A DNA stretch of 32,000 bases, from assembly GCA_041494705.1 (NCBI GenBank), contig JBGQBI010000003.1, forward strand, positions 210,001 through 242,000. Reading direction: 5' to 3'. Of the stretch, positions 8,244-17,804 are shown one piece after another. The number at the start of each line of letters is the position of its first letter. Position 1 is the first letter of the stretch. The notes under the pieces are model-generated. The model saw only the letters and a list, made by a program, of their open reading frames with translations, had not been told where the DNA came from and made no database searches. This DNA is from Candidatus Methanoperedens sp. (GTDB lineage Archaea > Halobacteriota > Methanosarcinia > Methanosarcinales > Methanoperedenaceae). A program made the position numbers and the translations under genes.

Positions 8244-10097
8244 ATGGCTAAGATAATAGGAATAGATTTGGGTACAAGCAATTCAGCCGCTGCGGTTATG
8301 CAGGGGAATAGACCGGTAATAATACCGAGCGCGGAAGGGATATCCCTCGGGGGCAAAGCCTTCCCATCGTATGTAGCATTCACAAAAGACGGGCAGAGGT
8401 TAACAGGAGAGCCTGCAAGAAGGCAGGCGGTGACAAATACTGAGGGGACGGTTACAGCTTTCAAGAGAAAAATGGGTACAGATTACAAATACAACCTGCG
8501 CGGAAAGGATTACAGGCCGCAGGAACTTTCGGCTTTTCTCTTGCAGAAGATAAAACAGGACGCTGAGGCTTTTTTAGGCGAGAAGGTCGAAAAAGCGGTA
8601 ATCACGGTGCCTGCGTATTTCAATGATAACCAGAGACAGGCGACCAAGGATGCCGGGGAAATAGCCGGACTTGAAGTTATCAGGATAATCAATGAACCCA
8701 CAGCGGCAGCCCTTTCTTATGGTCTTGATAAAGAGGGCGACCAGAAGATAATGGTGTTTGACCTCGGAGGGGGCACCCTTGATGTTACCATAATGGAACT
8801 CGGAGGAGGGGTTTTTGAAGTAAAATCCACGTCGGGCGATACGCAGCTTGGCGGCACTGACATGGATAACAGGATTGTGGATTACATTGCCGAGGAGTTC
8901 AAAAAAGAACACGGCATCGACCTGCGCAAAGACAGGGTTGCAAACCAGAGACTGCGGGATGCTGCTGAAAAAGCAAAAATCGAGCTTTCCACAACCCTCA
9001 CCACAGAAATTAACCAGCCTTTCATAACAGCAGATGTTAGCGGCCCGAAACACCTGACAATGACCCTCACACGGTCTAAACTCGAAGAAGTCATAAGGCC
9101 GATAATCGACAGATGCAAAACGCCTCTTGAGACGGCATTAAAGGATGCAAAATTAACGCCTGATGGCATTAAGAGGGTAATCCTTGTAGGAGGACCGACC
9201 CGGATGCCCATAGTACAAAAATTCGTCGAGGACTATGTGGGCAAAAAAGTGGAAGGGGGTGTTGACCCGATGGAATGCGTGGCTATGGGCGCGGCTATAC
9301 AGGCTGGCGTACTTGCAGGTGAAGTAAAAGATATACTGCTACTTGATGTTACACCGCTCACCCTCGGTATCGAGACGCTGGGACATGTCATGACAAAGCT
9401 CATAGACAGGAACACCACAATACCCACAAGAAAAAGCCAGATATTCTCGACTGCTGCGGATAGCCAGACCACCGTGGAGATACATGTGCTCCAGGGCGAG
9501 AGGGCGATGTCATACGATAACGTGACGCTGGGCAGGTTCAACCTCGTGGGCATACCGTCTGCGCCGCGCGGGATTCCGCAGATAGAAGTCACTTTTGACA
9601 TAGACGCGAACGGAATACTCCATGTAACCGCAAAAGACATGGGAACAGGCAAGGAGCAGAAGATGACCATTACCGCGCCTCTGAAGATGGCTTCTGATGA
9701 AATCGACAGGAAGATAAAAGACGCCGAGAAATATGCCGAGGAAGACAGGACGAGGAAAGAAAAGGTCGAAGTTTTGAACCAGGCCGATACACTGGTATAT
9801 ACCACCGAGAAGACCATGAAGGAGCTCGGGGATAAAGTCAGCGGCGACCAGAAAGCCAAAGTCGAAAAGGCGGTTGAGGCAACAAAGGAAGCTATGAAGA
9901 GCGAAGATGTGGGCAGGATAAAATCCGCTATCGAGGAACTCACCAAGGAAATGCATGCGATAAGCACCATACTTTATCAACAGCAGGCACAGCAGCAGAC
10001 TGAGCAGAAAGGACAGCAAGAAGCACCAAAGGATGAAACGAAAGACGAGAAAGTAACGGATGCGGAATATAAGGTAGTTGATGACGATAAGAAGTAA
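8244..10097 (+). CDS. dnaK: Hsp70 chaperone DnaK
   Basis: 617 aa with [27 protein letters not shown] and a Q/E/K-rich tail. Confidence 0.97.
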   Translation: MAKIIGIDLGTSNSAAAVMQGNRPVIIPSAEGISLGGKAFPSYVAFTKDGQRLTGEPARRQAVTNTEGTVTAFKRKMGTDYKYNLRGKDYRPQELSAFLLQKIKQDAEAFLGEKVEKAVITVPAYFNDNQRQATKDAGEIAGLEVIRIINEPTAAALSYGLDKEGDQKIMVFDLGGGTLDVTIMELGGGVFEVKSTSGDTQLGGTDMDNRIVDYIAEEFKKEHGIDLRKDRVANQRLRDAAEKAKIELSTTLTTEINQPFITADVSGPKHLTMTLTRSKLEEVIRPIIDRCKTPLETALKDAKLTPDGIKRVILVGGPTRMPIVQKFVEDYVGKKVEGGVDPMECVAMGAAIQAGVLAGEVKDILLLDVTPLTLGIETLGHVMTKLIDRNTTIPTRKSQIFSTAADSQTTVEIHVLQGERAMSYDNVTLGRFNLVGIPSAPRGIPQIEVTFDIDANGILHVTAKDMGTGKEQKMTITAPLKMASDEIDRKIKDAEKYAEEDRTRKEKVEVLNQADTLVYTTEKTMKELGDKVSGDQKAKVEKAVEATKEAMKSEDVGRIKSAIEELTKEMHAISTILYQQQAQQQTEQKGQQEAPKDETKDEKVTDAEYKVVDDDKK

Positions 10098-10116
10098 TCT
10101 GCATTCTTAAAAAATC

Positions 10117-10150
10117 AATGGGGTTATCCATACCCCCATTTTCACTTTTT
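10117..10150 (+). terminator. Hairpin plus T-tract between dnaK and dnaJ (possible attenuating terminator)
   Basis: AATGGGG (10117-10123) pairs with CCCCATT (10134-10140) around a 10-nt loop, followed by TTCACTTTTT. Confidence 0.35.
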
Positions 10151-10198
10151 AAACAGGACATATCTTTTTTACATTCAAGGTCATTATAACCGCAAATC

Positions 10199-11344
10199 AT
10201 GGCTACTAAACGCGACTACTACGAAATTCTCGGAGTGGATAAAAAAGCATCAGCAGATGACATAAAGACAGCGTACCGCAAACTTGCGATGCAGTACCAT
10301 CCGGACAGGAACAAAGCCCCGGACGCTGAGGAGAAATTCAAGGAAATATCAGAAGCCTATGCTGTACTGGAAGACCAGACCAAACGCCAGCAGTACGACC
10401 AGTATGGTCATGCTGGCATAGATATGAGGTACTCGCAGGAAGATATTTTCAGGGGTGCGGCTCCGGATATTGAAGATATTTTAAGGGATTTCGGCGTTGG
10501 CGGTTTTGGAAGGGGCGGGAGCATTTTTGATGTCTTTTTCGGTGGCGGTGAAAGGCGTGAAGGACCGAGGCGCGGGTCTGATATCCTTTATGAATTGCCC
10601 ATTGATTTTGAAGAAGCGGCCTCCGGGAAAACTGTGGATCTTGAAATCCCAAGGATTGAGACATGCAATGTATGTCATGGAAGCGGGGCAAGACCCGGAA
10701 CATCACCAAAAACATGTCCTTCGTGCCGCGGCACCGGGCAGGTGAGCAGGACACAGAACACGCCTTTTGGCAGATTCATGACCACCTCTACATGCGGAAC
10801 ATGCCGGGGAGGCGGAAAGATAATCGATGCCCCATGCACCACATGCCACGGCTCCGGAACCGTGCAGGGACGCCGCAAGCTGGAAGTGAAAATCCCGCCC
10901 GGCGTTGATACAGGCTCAAGGCTCAGGGTTCCGGGCGAAGGCGAAGCAGGAGAAAAAGGCGGACCAGCCGGCGACCTGTATGTAGAAATGAATGTCAGGC
11001 CGCATGATATTTTCTCACGCCATGACGATGATATATTAATGGAAGCAACCATCACATTCACGCAGGCTGCGCTGGGTGATGAGATTATAGTGCCAACGCT
11101 TGACGGCAAGGCAAAAATGAAGATTCCGGCGGGCACACAGAACGGGAATGTATTCCGACTGCGTGGTAAAGGATTCCCGAGCCTTCATATTTCAGGAAAA
11201 GGCGACCAGCTTGTTAAAATAAAGGTCGATGTCCCGACAAAGTTAAATGACAGGCAAAAACAGTTGCTTCGTGAGTTTGCCGAGGCAAGCGGTGAGAAGG
11301 CAAGAAGCAAGGGAATTTTTGAAAAGGTAAAAGAGCATATCTGA
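10199..11344 (+). CDS. dnaJ: Co-chaperone DnaJ (type I, with Cys-rich zinc-finger domain)
   Basis: J domain (YYEILGV...HPDRN), a G/F region, and four CxxCxGxG motifs ([32 protein letters not shown]). Confidence 0.95.
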   Translation: MATKRDYYEILGVDKKASADDIKTAYRKLAMQYHPDRNKAPDAEEKFKEISEAYAVLEDQTKRQQYDQYGHAGIDMRYSQEDIFRGAAPDIEDILRDFGVGGFGRGGSIFDVFFGGGERREGPRRGSDILYELPIDFEEAASGKTVDLEIPRIETCNVCHGSGARPGTSPKTCPSCRGTGQVSRTQNTPFGRFMTTSTCGTCRGGGKIIDAPCTTCHGSGTVQGRRKLEVKIPPGVDTGSRLRVPGEGEAGEKGGPAGDLYVEMNVRPHDIFSRHDDDILMEATITFTQAALGDEIIVPTLDGKAKMKIPAGTQNGNVFRLRGKGFPSLHISGKGDQLVKIKVDVPTKLNDRQKQLLREFAEASGEKARSKGIFEKVKEHI

Positions 11345-11345
11345 A

Positions 11346-12263
11346 CTAAGATTCAAGCAGTGTCAGCGACCGTATCCACTCCCCTTTTGGTTCTCGCGTC
11401 GTCCCGACCACAAGCCGTTTCATGTTCCCCACGACTTCCACGACACCCCGCGCTTCTATCCGCTCACCAAACAGCGCCTGTCCTGCATACGTATGGGTAT
11501 ATGACAGCACGTAATTTATTTCAGGATGGTCAATTTTGTATATCGCCGGGCTGTCAAATGAAAAATCGGCATTTGTAACAGTAGCTTCGATAGTTTCATA
11601 ACCGATATCCCGCCCACGCAGGCAGGGTGCGATATCCTCCCAGTCCCTGACATAAAGCAGGTCAAAATACGTCCCGCCAACCATGCCCCTATTCCCTTTC
11701 CTGAACTCATGCCTGAGGAATTCATCAAAAGGCAGCTCAGGCTTGCGCTTCCTGTAAATTTCATGCCACATCTCATCGCTTATTTCTGTGATGGGATTTT
11801 TTTCTTTTTTCGCTTGTGCAATAATATCCCGCGCTTTGAACCATGAATTTCCATACACAATGAAATCAATATCTGAAGACTCGTTTTCAAGTCCTGCAAG
11901 AAGCGAACCGGTGACCCCCATTTTATCAAGCGGGATAGCTTTTAATGTGTTTACTATAGCCCTAACTTTATTGTTTTTCTTCACTAACGAAGGCAGCCTC
12001 TCATCAGGCGCAAGTATCTGCTTAACCGAATCCCAGGGAACGATATGGACATCTTTTACCCATTCAGGGCGTTCTTTTTTCATAAACACGAACGCATCAT
12101 CAAAATCAAGTTTACGGTATTTTTTATCTGCGCCCCTTTTACCTTCAGGGTCGGGTACATACCGGAGGATTGAACGGATGCCTCCCTCGTGGCAATAATC
12201 CGCAACAGCAAATATCCAGTCATCGTGTGTGATTATAAAATCCCTGAGGCGTGTTCTCAACAT
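11346..12263 (-). CDS. Pol-beta-superfamily nucleotidyltransferase-domain protein, function unknown
   Basis: 305 aa. The motif GVTGSLLAGLENESSDIDFIVYG fits the GS-x(n)-DxD minimal NTase signature. It converges on dnaJ with a 1-nt gap. Confidence 0.55.
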   Translation of the reverse strand: MLRTRLRDFIITHDDWIFAVADYCHEGGIRSILRYVPDPEGKRGADKKYRKLDFDDAFVFMKKERPEWVKDVHIVPWDSVKQILAPDERLPSLVKKNNKVRAIVNTLKAIPLDKMGVTGSLLAGLENESSDIDFIVYGNSWFKARDIIAQAKKEKNPITEISDEMWHEIYRKRKPELPFDEFLRHEFRKGNRGMVGGTYFDLLYVRDWEDIAPCLRGRDIGYETIEATVTNADFSFDSPAIYKIDHPEINYVLSYTHTYAGQALFGERIEARGVVEVVGNMKRLVVGTTREPKGEWIRSLTLLES

Positions 12264-12431
12264 CGTTTACTCTACGGATTCGGGTTTATATAAAGAATAT
12301 GATTTTGAGTTTGAGAGATGCGATTATATTGCCTGAATATGCGCTATTCCGGGCAAAACCATATTTATCTAATATTATTTGCCAAAATATGTGGAAAAGT
12401 ATTTTTAGTATAAAAGTATAATAGTATTATT

Positions 12432-12692
12432 ATGACCACTACAATCAAGGTATCGGATGAGACAAAGCAGCTTCTTGATATGCTCCAGGCAAAGATGACC
12501 CTGACTTTTCGCAAAAAAAAGCCTCTTTCTGAATTGATTGATGATATTACGCGAATTGCATTGCGGCACGAGGACGAACTTTTGCAAATCAAAAAAACGC
12601 CTTCCCAGGAAAAGGCTGCACCAAAGAATATCAGTCGGATGGTAAAAACCGATGCTGGAACTATGGATGATTATGTCTATGTAGAGGATTGA
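12432..12692 (+). CDS. Small antitoxin-like protein (archaeal VapB/DUF217-like N-terminus), no partner toxin
   Basis: 86 aa. MTTTIKVSDETKQLLDMLQ...LSELIDDITRI resembles, from memory, small archaeal putative antitoxins. It has an AT-rich upstream region with TATAAAAG. The family assignment is unverified. Confidence 0.4.
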   Translation: MTTTIKVSDETKQLLDMLQAKMTLTFRKKKPLSELIDDITRIALRHEDELLQIKKTPSQEKAAPKNISRMVKTDAGTMDDYVYVED

Positions 12693-12800
12693 TCCGCTTG
12701 CGATGAGAATACTCAATAAGGAATTTGTAGAGGGGATTCGGTGGAAGTGGATGCAAAAAAAGATGATATCGTGTTCAGGAAAATAGCAGCTAAATTTTAG
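12685..12800 (+). pseudogene. Frameshifted remnant of an AbrB/SpoVT-type (VapB/MazE-like) antitoxin domain
   Basis: One frame reads RIDPLAMRILNKE (12685-12723). After a 1-nt shift the sequence continues GICRGDSVEVDAKKDDIVFRKIAAKF* (12720-12800). Together these resemble the consensus ...IPkeiRekLgik.GD.vev....d.ivlrki. There is no start codon and stops flank both pieces. Confidence 0.35.
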
Positions 12801-12846
12801 CCATTTTCCTGATTCGATATGTATGGGATTTTAAAATAATACAAAA

Positions 12847-13401
12847 TTAATACACTGTTATTGTTCCTTCGCCATACGTCCGTGGCAATATAGTTGGGTC
12901 AGCTGAGAGAACGCTAGCTTTTAAACTGTAACTTCCTCTCGTATTAAATGTAACAACCACTGCTCCGCCCGTGCCAAGATTTCGTTCTTGAGACATGTTT
13001 AAGGAGGTTAAGTTAAGTTTCAATGGAGACTGTAGTGAATAACCGGTAATTTTGATTAAAACAGTATCTCCGGGATGTACGGATACAATACTCGGGTTAG
13101 CGCCGTTGCTTGTAAGTTCAATTGTTTTTGTCGGAGTATCGGTTGAAGGGTCATAATTCCTGACAGTGAAATCACTTATTGCAGGAGTCTCAATTGCGGC
13201 TGCAGTTGCCGTCACAATCGGAGTGGGTGTAACAGTTACATACACAGTGTTGTTTTGGTAAATTATTTTTTCTACAGGTTTCTCGATTTCTATCGTCTTG
13301 GGTTTATGAGCCACATATCCTACCGCTACTCCGACAATGAAGAATATGATAATTAAAGGGATTAATGTCTTATATTTTGATTCCATAATCTTGCTCCTCA
13401 A
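12847..13401 (-). CDS. Membrane-anchored extracellular protein, beta-sandwich-like C-terminal domain, unknown function
   Basis: 184 aa with an N-terminal TM anchor (LIPLIIIFFIVGVAVGYV), a T/P/V/A linker, and then beta-rich sequence (VSVHPGDTVLIKITG...GSYSLKA...GTITVY). The layout is cupredoxin-like but has no obvious Cu ligands. Confidence 0.5.
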   Translation of the reverse strand: MRSKIMESKYKTLIPLIIIFFIVGVAVGYVAHKPKTIEIEKPVEKIIYQNNTVYVTVTPTPIVTATAAAIETPAISDFTVRNYDPSTDTPTKTIELTSNGANPSIVSVHPGDTVLIKITGYSLQSPLKLNLTSLNMSQERNLGTGGAVVVTFNTRGSYSLKASVLSADPTILPRTYGEGTITVY

Positions 13402-13493
13402 GCCACAATAAATTCTTTATTGAGTTATAAAGATTTCGGACTACACTTGACTATTGGTAATCATTAAGTACTTTCCATCCTATAAAAACATAT

Positions 13494-14471
13494 ATGTTCC
13501 CTACCACACGCATGCGGAGATTGCGTTCATCAAAATTCCGACCACTTATCAGCGAAACAACGCTGGATGTTAAAGACCTTATTTGCCCGGTCTTTGTCGA
13601 TGAGACCATAACAAAACCGATGGAAATAAATTCCATGCCAGGTTATTTCCGCCAGCCGCTTTCGATGATCGCCGACGAAGCCGCAAGCATTTCTGAACTT
13701 GGAATCCCCGCAATAATATTGTTCGGGATACCTGAAAAGAAGGATGAAACAGGTTCACATGCGTATGGCGACAACGATGTTGTCCAGAAGGCAATCCGCG
13801 CCATAAAAAGTAAGGTCGGCGGGAATCTGATTGTCATTACCGACCTTTGCCTTTGCGAATATACCTCACACGGTCACTGCGGCATGGTGAGTAAAACGCA
13901 GGAGATTCTCAATGACCCGACCCTTAAAATTCTTGGCAAGACCGCAGTAAGCCATGCCAGGGCAGGCGCCGATATGGTTGCGCCTTCAGGTATGATGGAC
14001 GGCATGGTCGGGGAGATCCGAAGCGCTCTTGATGATAATGATTTTGCGGATATCCCTATAATGTCTTATGCTGCAAAATACTGCTCTTCATTCTACGGGC
14101 CTTTCAGGGAAGCGGCGGGTTCAGGCTACGCATTTGGCGACCGTGCTTCATACCAGATGGACCCTGCAAATACGGATGAAGCCCTGCGCGAAGTGGCGCT
14201 TGATATCGAAGAAGGGGCAGATATCATAATGGTCAAACCTGCGCTTCCGTACCTTGATATTATTTACCGCATTAAAAAGAAATTCAGAATGCCCACAGCA
14301 GCATATCACGTCAGCGGTGAATACTCGATGATAAAAGCGGCAGCAAGCAATGGCTGGCTTGATGAGAAAAGCGCGGTGCAGGAATCATTGGTTTCAATAA
14401 AGCGTGCGGGTGCGGATATGATTCTCACATATTTTGCAAAGGATGTAGCCCGCGAATTAAAATCCAGATAA
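13494..14471 (+). CDS. hemB: Porphobilinogen synthase (delta-aminolevulinic acid dehydratase), Zn-type
   Basis: 325 aa with N-terminal RMRRLR, the cysteine-rich zinc motif [14 protein letters not shown], and active-site regions IMVKPALPY and YHVSGEY. Confidence 0.95.
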   Translation: MFPTTRMRRLRSSKFRPLISETTLDVKDLICPVFVDETITKPMEINSMPGYFRQPLSMIADEAASISELGIPAIILFGIPEKKDETGSHAYGDNDVVQKAIRAIKSKVGGNLIVITDLCLCEYTSHGHCGMVSKTQEILNDPTLKILGKTAVSHARAGADMVAPSGMMDGMVGEIRSALDDNDFADIPIMSYAAKYCSSFYGPFREAAGSGYAFGDRASYQMDPANTDEALREVALDIEEGADIIMVKPALPYLDIIYRIKKKFRMPTAAYHVSGEYSMIKAAASNGWLDEKSAVQESLVSIKRAGADMILTYFAKDVARELKSR

Positions 14472-14896
14472 TGCCCGGCTATAATGCACACAGGATATTC
14501 AATTATGCGATTCTTATTGCAATTGCAGCTTTAGCCTGGTATGAATCTATTAATCCAAAACAATTGCTGGCCTTGAGTATCGGTTTTTATATCGGCACCG
14601 ATTTTTTAACACCCGACCTGGATACTGAAAGTACTGCAATAAAAAGATTGGGGAGGTTAAAAATCTTATTTTTACCATACAAATGGACATTTACCCACAG
14701 GAAAAGCTCCCACAATATCATATATGGAGCCGTGGTTAGGATTTTATACATCAGTCTTATAATGCTCGTTTTATATTATGTTCTTTTCAAATCATTCCCA
14801 TCCGGAACTGTGTTTTTTTCCGCTTATATTCTCCTTTTTCTTGTTGGAATAATAATAGCCAATGCACTGCATGTATTGCTGGATGTCATATTCTGA
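14471..14896 (+). CDS. DUF2227-like integral membrane putative metal-binding protein
   Basis: 141 aa. TPDLDTES...PYKWTFTHRKSSHNIIYG matches my recollection of the DUF2227/COG2389 signature (PDLD...HR..SH). The start overlaps the hemB stop as TAATG. Confidence 0.5.
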   Translation: MPGYNAHRIFNYAILIAIAALAWYESINPKQLLALSIGFYIGTDFLTPDLDTESTAIKRLGRLKILFLPYKWTFTHRKSSHNIIYGAVVRILYISLIMLVLYYVLFKSFPSGTVFFSAYILLFLVGIIIANALHVLLDVIF

Positions 14897-15009
14897 ATAT
14901 TTTTTCTCATCACAGGATTTTACATCGCCACATTTAAATATCTTCTTTCGCTTATACATTAAATAGAAAAGAGAATCCCTTTGTAAATTGAAAAACAGGT
15001 GATTGAGAT

Positions 15010-15645
15010 TTGGGCAGATACCACATAATATTAATCCTTCTTCTTATATTATTTTCCGGATGTATAGGCGAGAATAAGGCTTTGAATGAACCGATACCAG
15101 CTCCTTCTTTTCCCCCCACTCCAACGCCTTTTGCAGTCAAAACCATCCAGACATCTTCCCCGACACCTACCATTAAACCCACGGAGATAATCCCAAAACC
15201 AGAAGAAAAACATGCAAATGCCGACAACCGCTCCGTTGCCGTGGAAGTAAATTACCGGCAATATGTGGACTGGTTTCGGAATTATAACCTGAATATAAGG
15301 GCATACACACCGCAAGAATATATCTGCGGACAGTATACGGTTGATATGATAACTGCCTCGGAAAAAGCCGGGTACAAAGCATATTTTGCAGCGGTAACCT
15401 TCTCCGATGGCACCGGGCATGCGCTTGTTTCATTCAAATCGACATTTTCCGGGATTACCTCATGGTACTTTTTTGAACCCCAGACAAATGAGTTGATAAC
15501 GCCTGAAACTTTAAAAAATGAGCTGAATCAAAATATGGGTAAAACGGTCACACGGGTCGATATTTATGGTTATTTTGATGACGCAGGGGATAATGACCCC
15601 GCTACATGGCGATTTGCATACCCATTATATAGCAAAAATTATTAA
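15010..15645 (+). CDS. Putative lipoprotein with Pro/Thr linker and C-terminal Cys/His (papain- or transglutaminase-like?) domain
   Basis: TTG start, a lipobox-like LLILFSGC, a PT-rich linker, and then YICGQYTVDM...GTGHALVSF...FFEPQTNE (a candidate Cys-His-Glu/Asp arrangement). Confidence 0.5.
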   Translation: MGRYHIILILLLILFSGCIGENKALNEPIPAPSFPPTPTPFAVKTIQTSSPTPTIKPTEIIPKPEEKHANADNRSVAVEVNYRQYVDWFRNYNLNIRAYTPQEYICGQYTVDMITASEKAGYKAYFAAVTFSDGTGHALVSFKSTFSGITSWYFFEPQTNELITPETLKNELNQNMGKTVTRVDIYGYFDDAGDNDPATWRFAYPLYSKNY

Positions 15646-15803
15646 AATTCAATTTTTAATTTATGCGCAGGACGAATGACATTTACAGATTCCATGTTTG
15701 ATTTTTTTTATCTTTCTAATGGTCATTTATCTCACCCCGTTAAATACAAGGCAATCAGTCCTTAAATAGTTTATGCAGGTGTTTTTTTTAATTTTTTGGG
15801 GGC

Positions 15804-16559
15804 CTAAATATCCGGTTTCAATTCATCTATGTGAACCATTTCTTCAATATCAAGAAGTCTTGACATCTCCTGCGTGTCTATATAAATCCCATGCTCCTGG
15901 ATGAGAGCCATGGGGTTCGTGCCTCCGATAACCACTATCCCCAGTTTGTCTTTTCCAACCTGGACTCCCAGAATATCATTATTGGGTTCACCCACTTCAA
16001 GGATACAGGAAAATCCGGCTTCGACAAGCGAATCAAGCACCTGTTCTATCTTATCCCTTGAAGCCATGGGAGCTTCCCGCAGATTCGCCAGTATCTTGCC
16101 TGAACCGGTATTTATCATTTCAGCCACCGAGGTGAGTTCCTGCGACATCAATACATCAAGAGGGTCAATAGTTGTACTGTCATAGCTCAGGATTTCAGTA
16201 AATCTTAAGGGCGAGCCGTCATGTATTTCCACCACCCCTCCAAATTTGGGTTTAACAGGTATGCCTGCCTTGAGCAGGACACCGTCTATCGTGATGCTGC
16301 AGGCAGTGGCTAACCCTACCTTTCCTTTCTCGATGGTGAGATTCCCGAATTTTTCTCCCGCGCGTATTATTTTTATATAAGGGCTTACTGAAAGTCCGCT
16401 ATGCACTGCCTGCCTGATGAATCCAATTACCTTTTTGAAATCCGATTCATTAACGATAGAAATATTTACTATTATTTTCCCATTCCTTTTTAACGGGTCA
16501 AAAGTTACCTCATACATCATGTTTTCAATTCTTGAGATTATGAACATCAGGTCTGTCAT
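15804..16559 (-). CDS. NrpR-like regulatory domain (DUF128) protein without an HTH
   Basis: 251 aa. [25 protein letters not shown] and [13 protein letters not shown] resemble, from memory, the NrpR nitrogen-repressor sensor domain. No N-terminal winged helix is present, which would make it NrpRII-like. Unverified. Confidence 0.45.
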   Translation of the reverse strand: MTDLMFIISRIENMMYEVTFDPLKRNGKIIVNISIVNESDFKKVIGFIRQAVHSGLSVSPYIKIIRAGEKFGNLTIEKGKVGLATACSITIDGVLLKAGIPVKPKFGGVVEIHDGSPLRFTEILSYDSTTIDPLDVLMSQELTSVAEMINTGSGKILANLREAPMASRDKIEQVLDSLVEAGFSCILEVGEPNNDILGVQVGKDKLGIVVIGGTNPMALIQEHGIYIDTQEMSRLLDIEEMVHIDELKPDI

Positions 16560-16675
16560 CTTGATTCAATCACTATAATTACAATGCGTTATAAATATAC
16601 CGAATTCGATAACTATTCAATAATCAGGAATATATTATCAGAAAGATAAAGTATTTCAGTCAGGTAAGAAGTATA

Positions 16676-17647
16676 ATGACCATGAACAAGCAGGCAGTGA
16701 TTGGCATTGTGAAAAATATTTTCACATATTACGGTTACAGTACAAGTTCCTCTGATATCTGTGACCTGCTTGCTGAAAAGGATTCTGACCACTTATTGAT
16801 AAAATTTGAAAATAATCCAAATTTCAACAATATCAAGTATTTTTCAAATATTGCGCAAAGCTATCATGGCAAGGGCGTAATGATTTCCGAATCCTTTGAT
16901 GAAAAAACCCGCTTGCTCGCCCTTGACGAAGGGCTTAGGCTCTGGGACAGGAGCGAGCTTGAATCCCAGATAGGCAGGGCAGTTCTTGCAGGCGCGTTGG
17001 GCGGATATGAGGAAAAAAAGCCTGCTCACGAGAAAATCGATGCCGGAGCCGTGCAGGAACCTGTTAAAAAAGAATATGAGCGGACTATCAAGGTATTGCT
17101 GCGTTCAATTCCCATTAACATCGGGAAATCCGATGCATTGTCCATAGCCGAAGCAAAAATAGGAACTGCAAAAAGCCAGACATTAAAATTCATTCCGGTA
17201 TGGTATTATAATTATTCTTTTAATATCCAGAAGAAGTATAAATCAAAAATGGTAGACCTCACAGGTGAAGGCGCAGGTTATATTCATGCCCTCACCGGAG
17301 AGAATTTTTTTAATAAATACAAAGAAATCCAGGATAACACCTTCATGCCTACCCAGAATTATGAGATAAGGCAACCGCTCATCCAGGAAAAGGACGCGGT
17401 GACCAAAGCCTTAAACTCAATCATCAGGGAACATACAAAAGAAATCAGGCTGAATGAAATGATAGGCGATACAATCGTATTTGAAACCAAGATGTTTGCT
17501 CCCGGCACCGATGAAATAAACTTCAAAATGGACCTTTTGCATATTCCTGTATGGGAAATAAAAGGTAAGAGAGAGTTAATAGACATAAACGCGCATGACG
17601 GGCACATTATGGCCATGAGGCTCTATCATGATGCAGAAATGGTTTAA
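16676..17647 (+). CDS. Hypothetical protein: Mrr-cat-like restriction-endonuclease-fold N-domain plus unknown C-terminal beta modules
   Basis: 323 aa. The N-terminal ~100 aa (IFTYYGYS...CDLLAEKDSDHLLIKFE...GKGVMISESFDEKTRLLALDEGLRLWDRSELE) follow the Mrr_cat layout. The C-terminus has two segments with the pattern IPVW...(D/H)A.(T/D)G. Confidence 0.55.
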   Translation: MTMNKQAVIGIVKNIFTYYGYSTSSSDICDLLAEKDSDHLLIKFENNPNFNNIKYFSNIAQSYHGKGVMISESFDEKTRLLALDEGLRLWDRSELESQIGRAVLAGALGGYEEKKPAHEKIDAGAVQEPVKKEYERTIKVLLRSIPINIGKSDALSIAEAKIGTAKSQTLKFIPVWYYNYSFNIQKKYKSKMVDLTGEGAGYIHALTGENFFNKYKEIQDNTFMPTQNYEIRQPLIQEKDAVTKALNSIIREHTKEIRLNEMIGDTIVFETKMFAPGTDEINFKMDLLHIPVWEIKGKRELIDINAHDGHIMAMRLYHDAEMV

Positions 17648-17804
17648 CAACAGAAAAGCGCTTTACATACCGATTGTGGGATATTCAAAAGAAGAAGCCT
17701 GCAACACCTCATAAAACTATAATTACCCTGGCAGCGTTCTTAATATTGGAAAGAAGGGGTTGATATTGCCAGCGAAGCAAGACTTCAGGTAAGGAGGTAG
17801 TGAA

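Noticed and set aside
9233-9970. Long antisense ORFs inside well-supported genes. Examples: 245 aa and 169 aa opposite dnaK, 153 aa opposite dnaJ, 240 aa and 154 aa opposite purH, 181 aa opposite the PurM-like gene, and 183 aa opposite the acyl-CoA synthetase.
   Set aside because: They lie entirely within genes that have unmistakable conserved motifs on the other strand. Their translations are low-complexity (S/R/P/C-rich) with no recognisable motifs, which is a typical codon-bias shadow.
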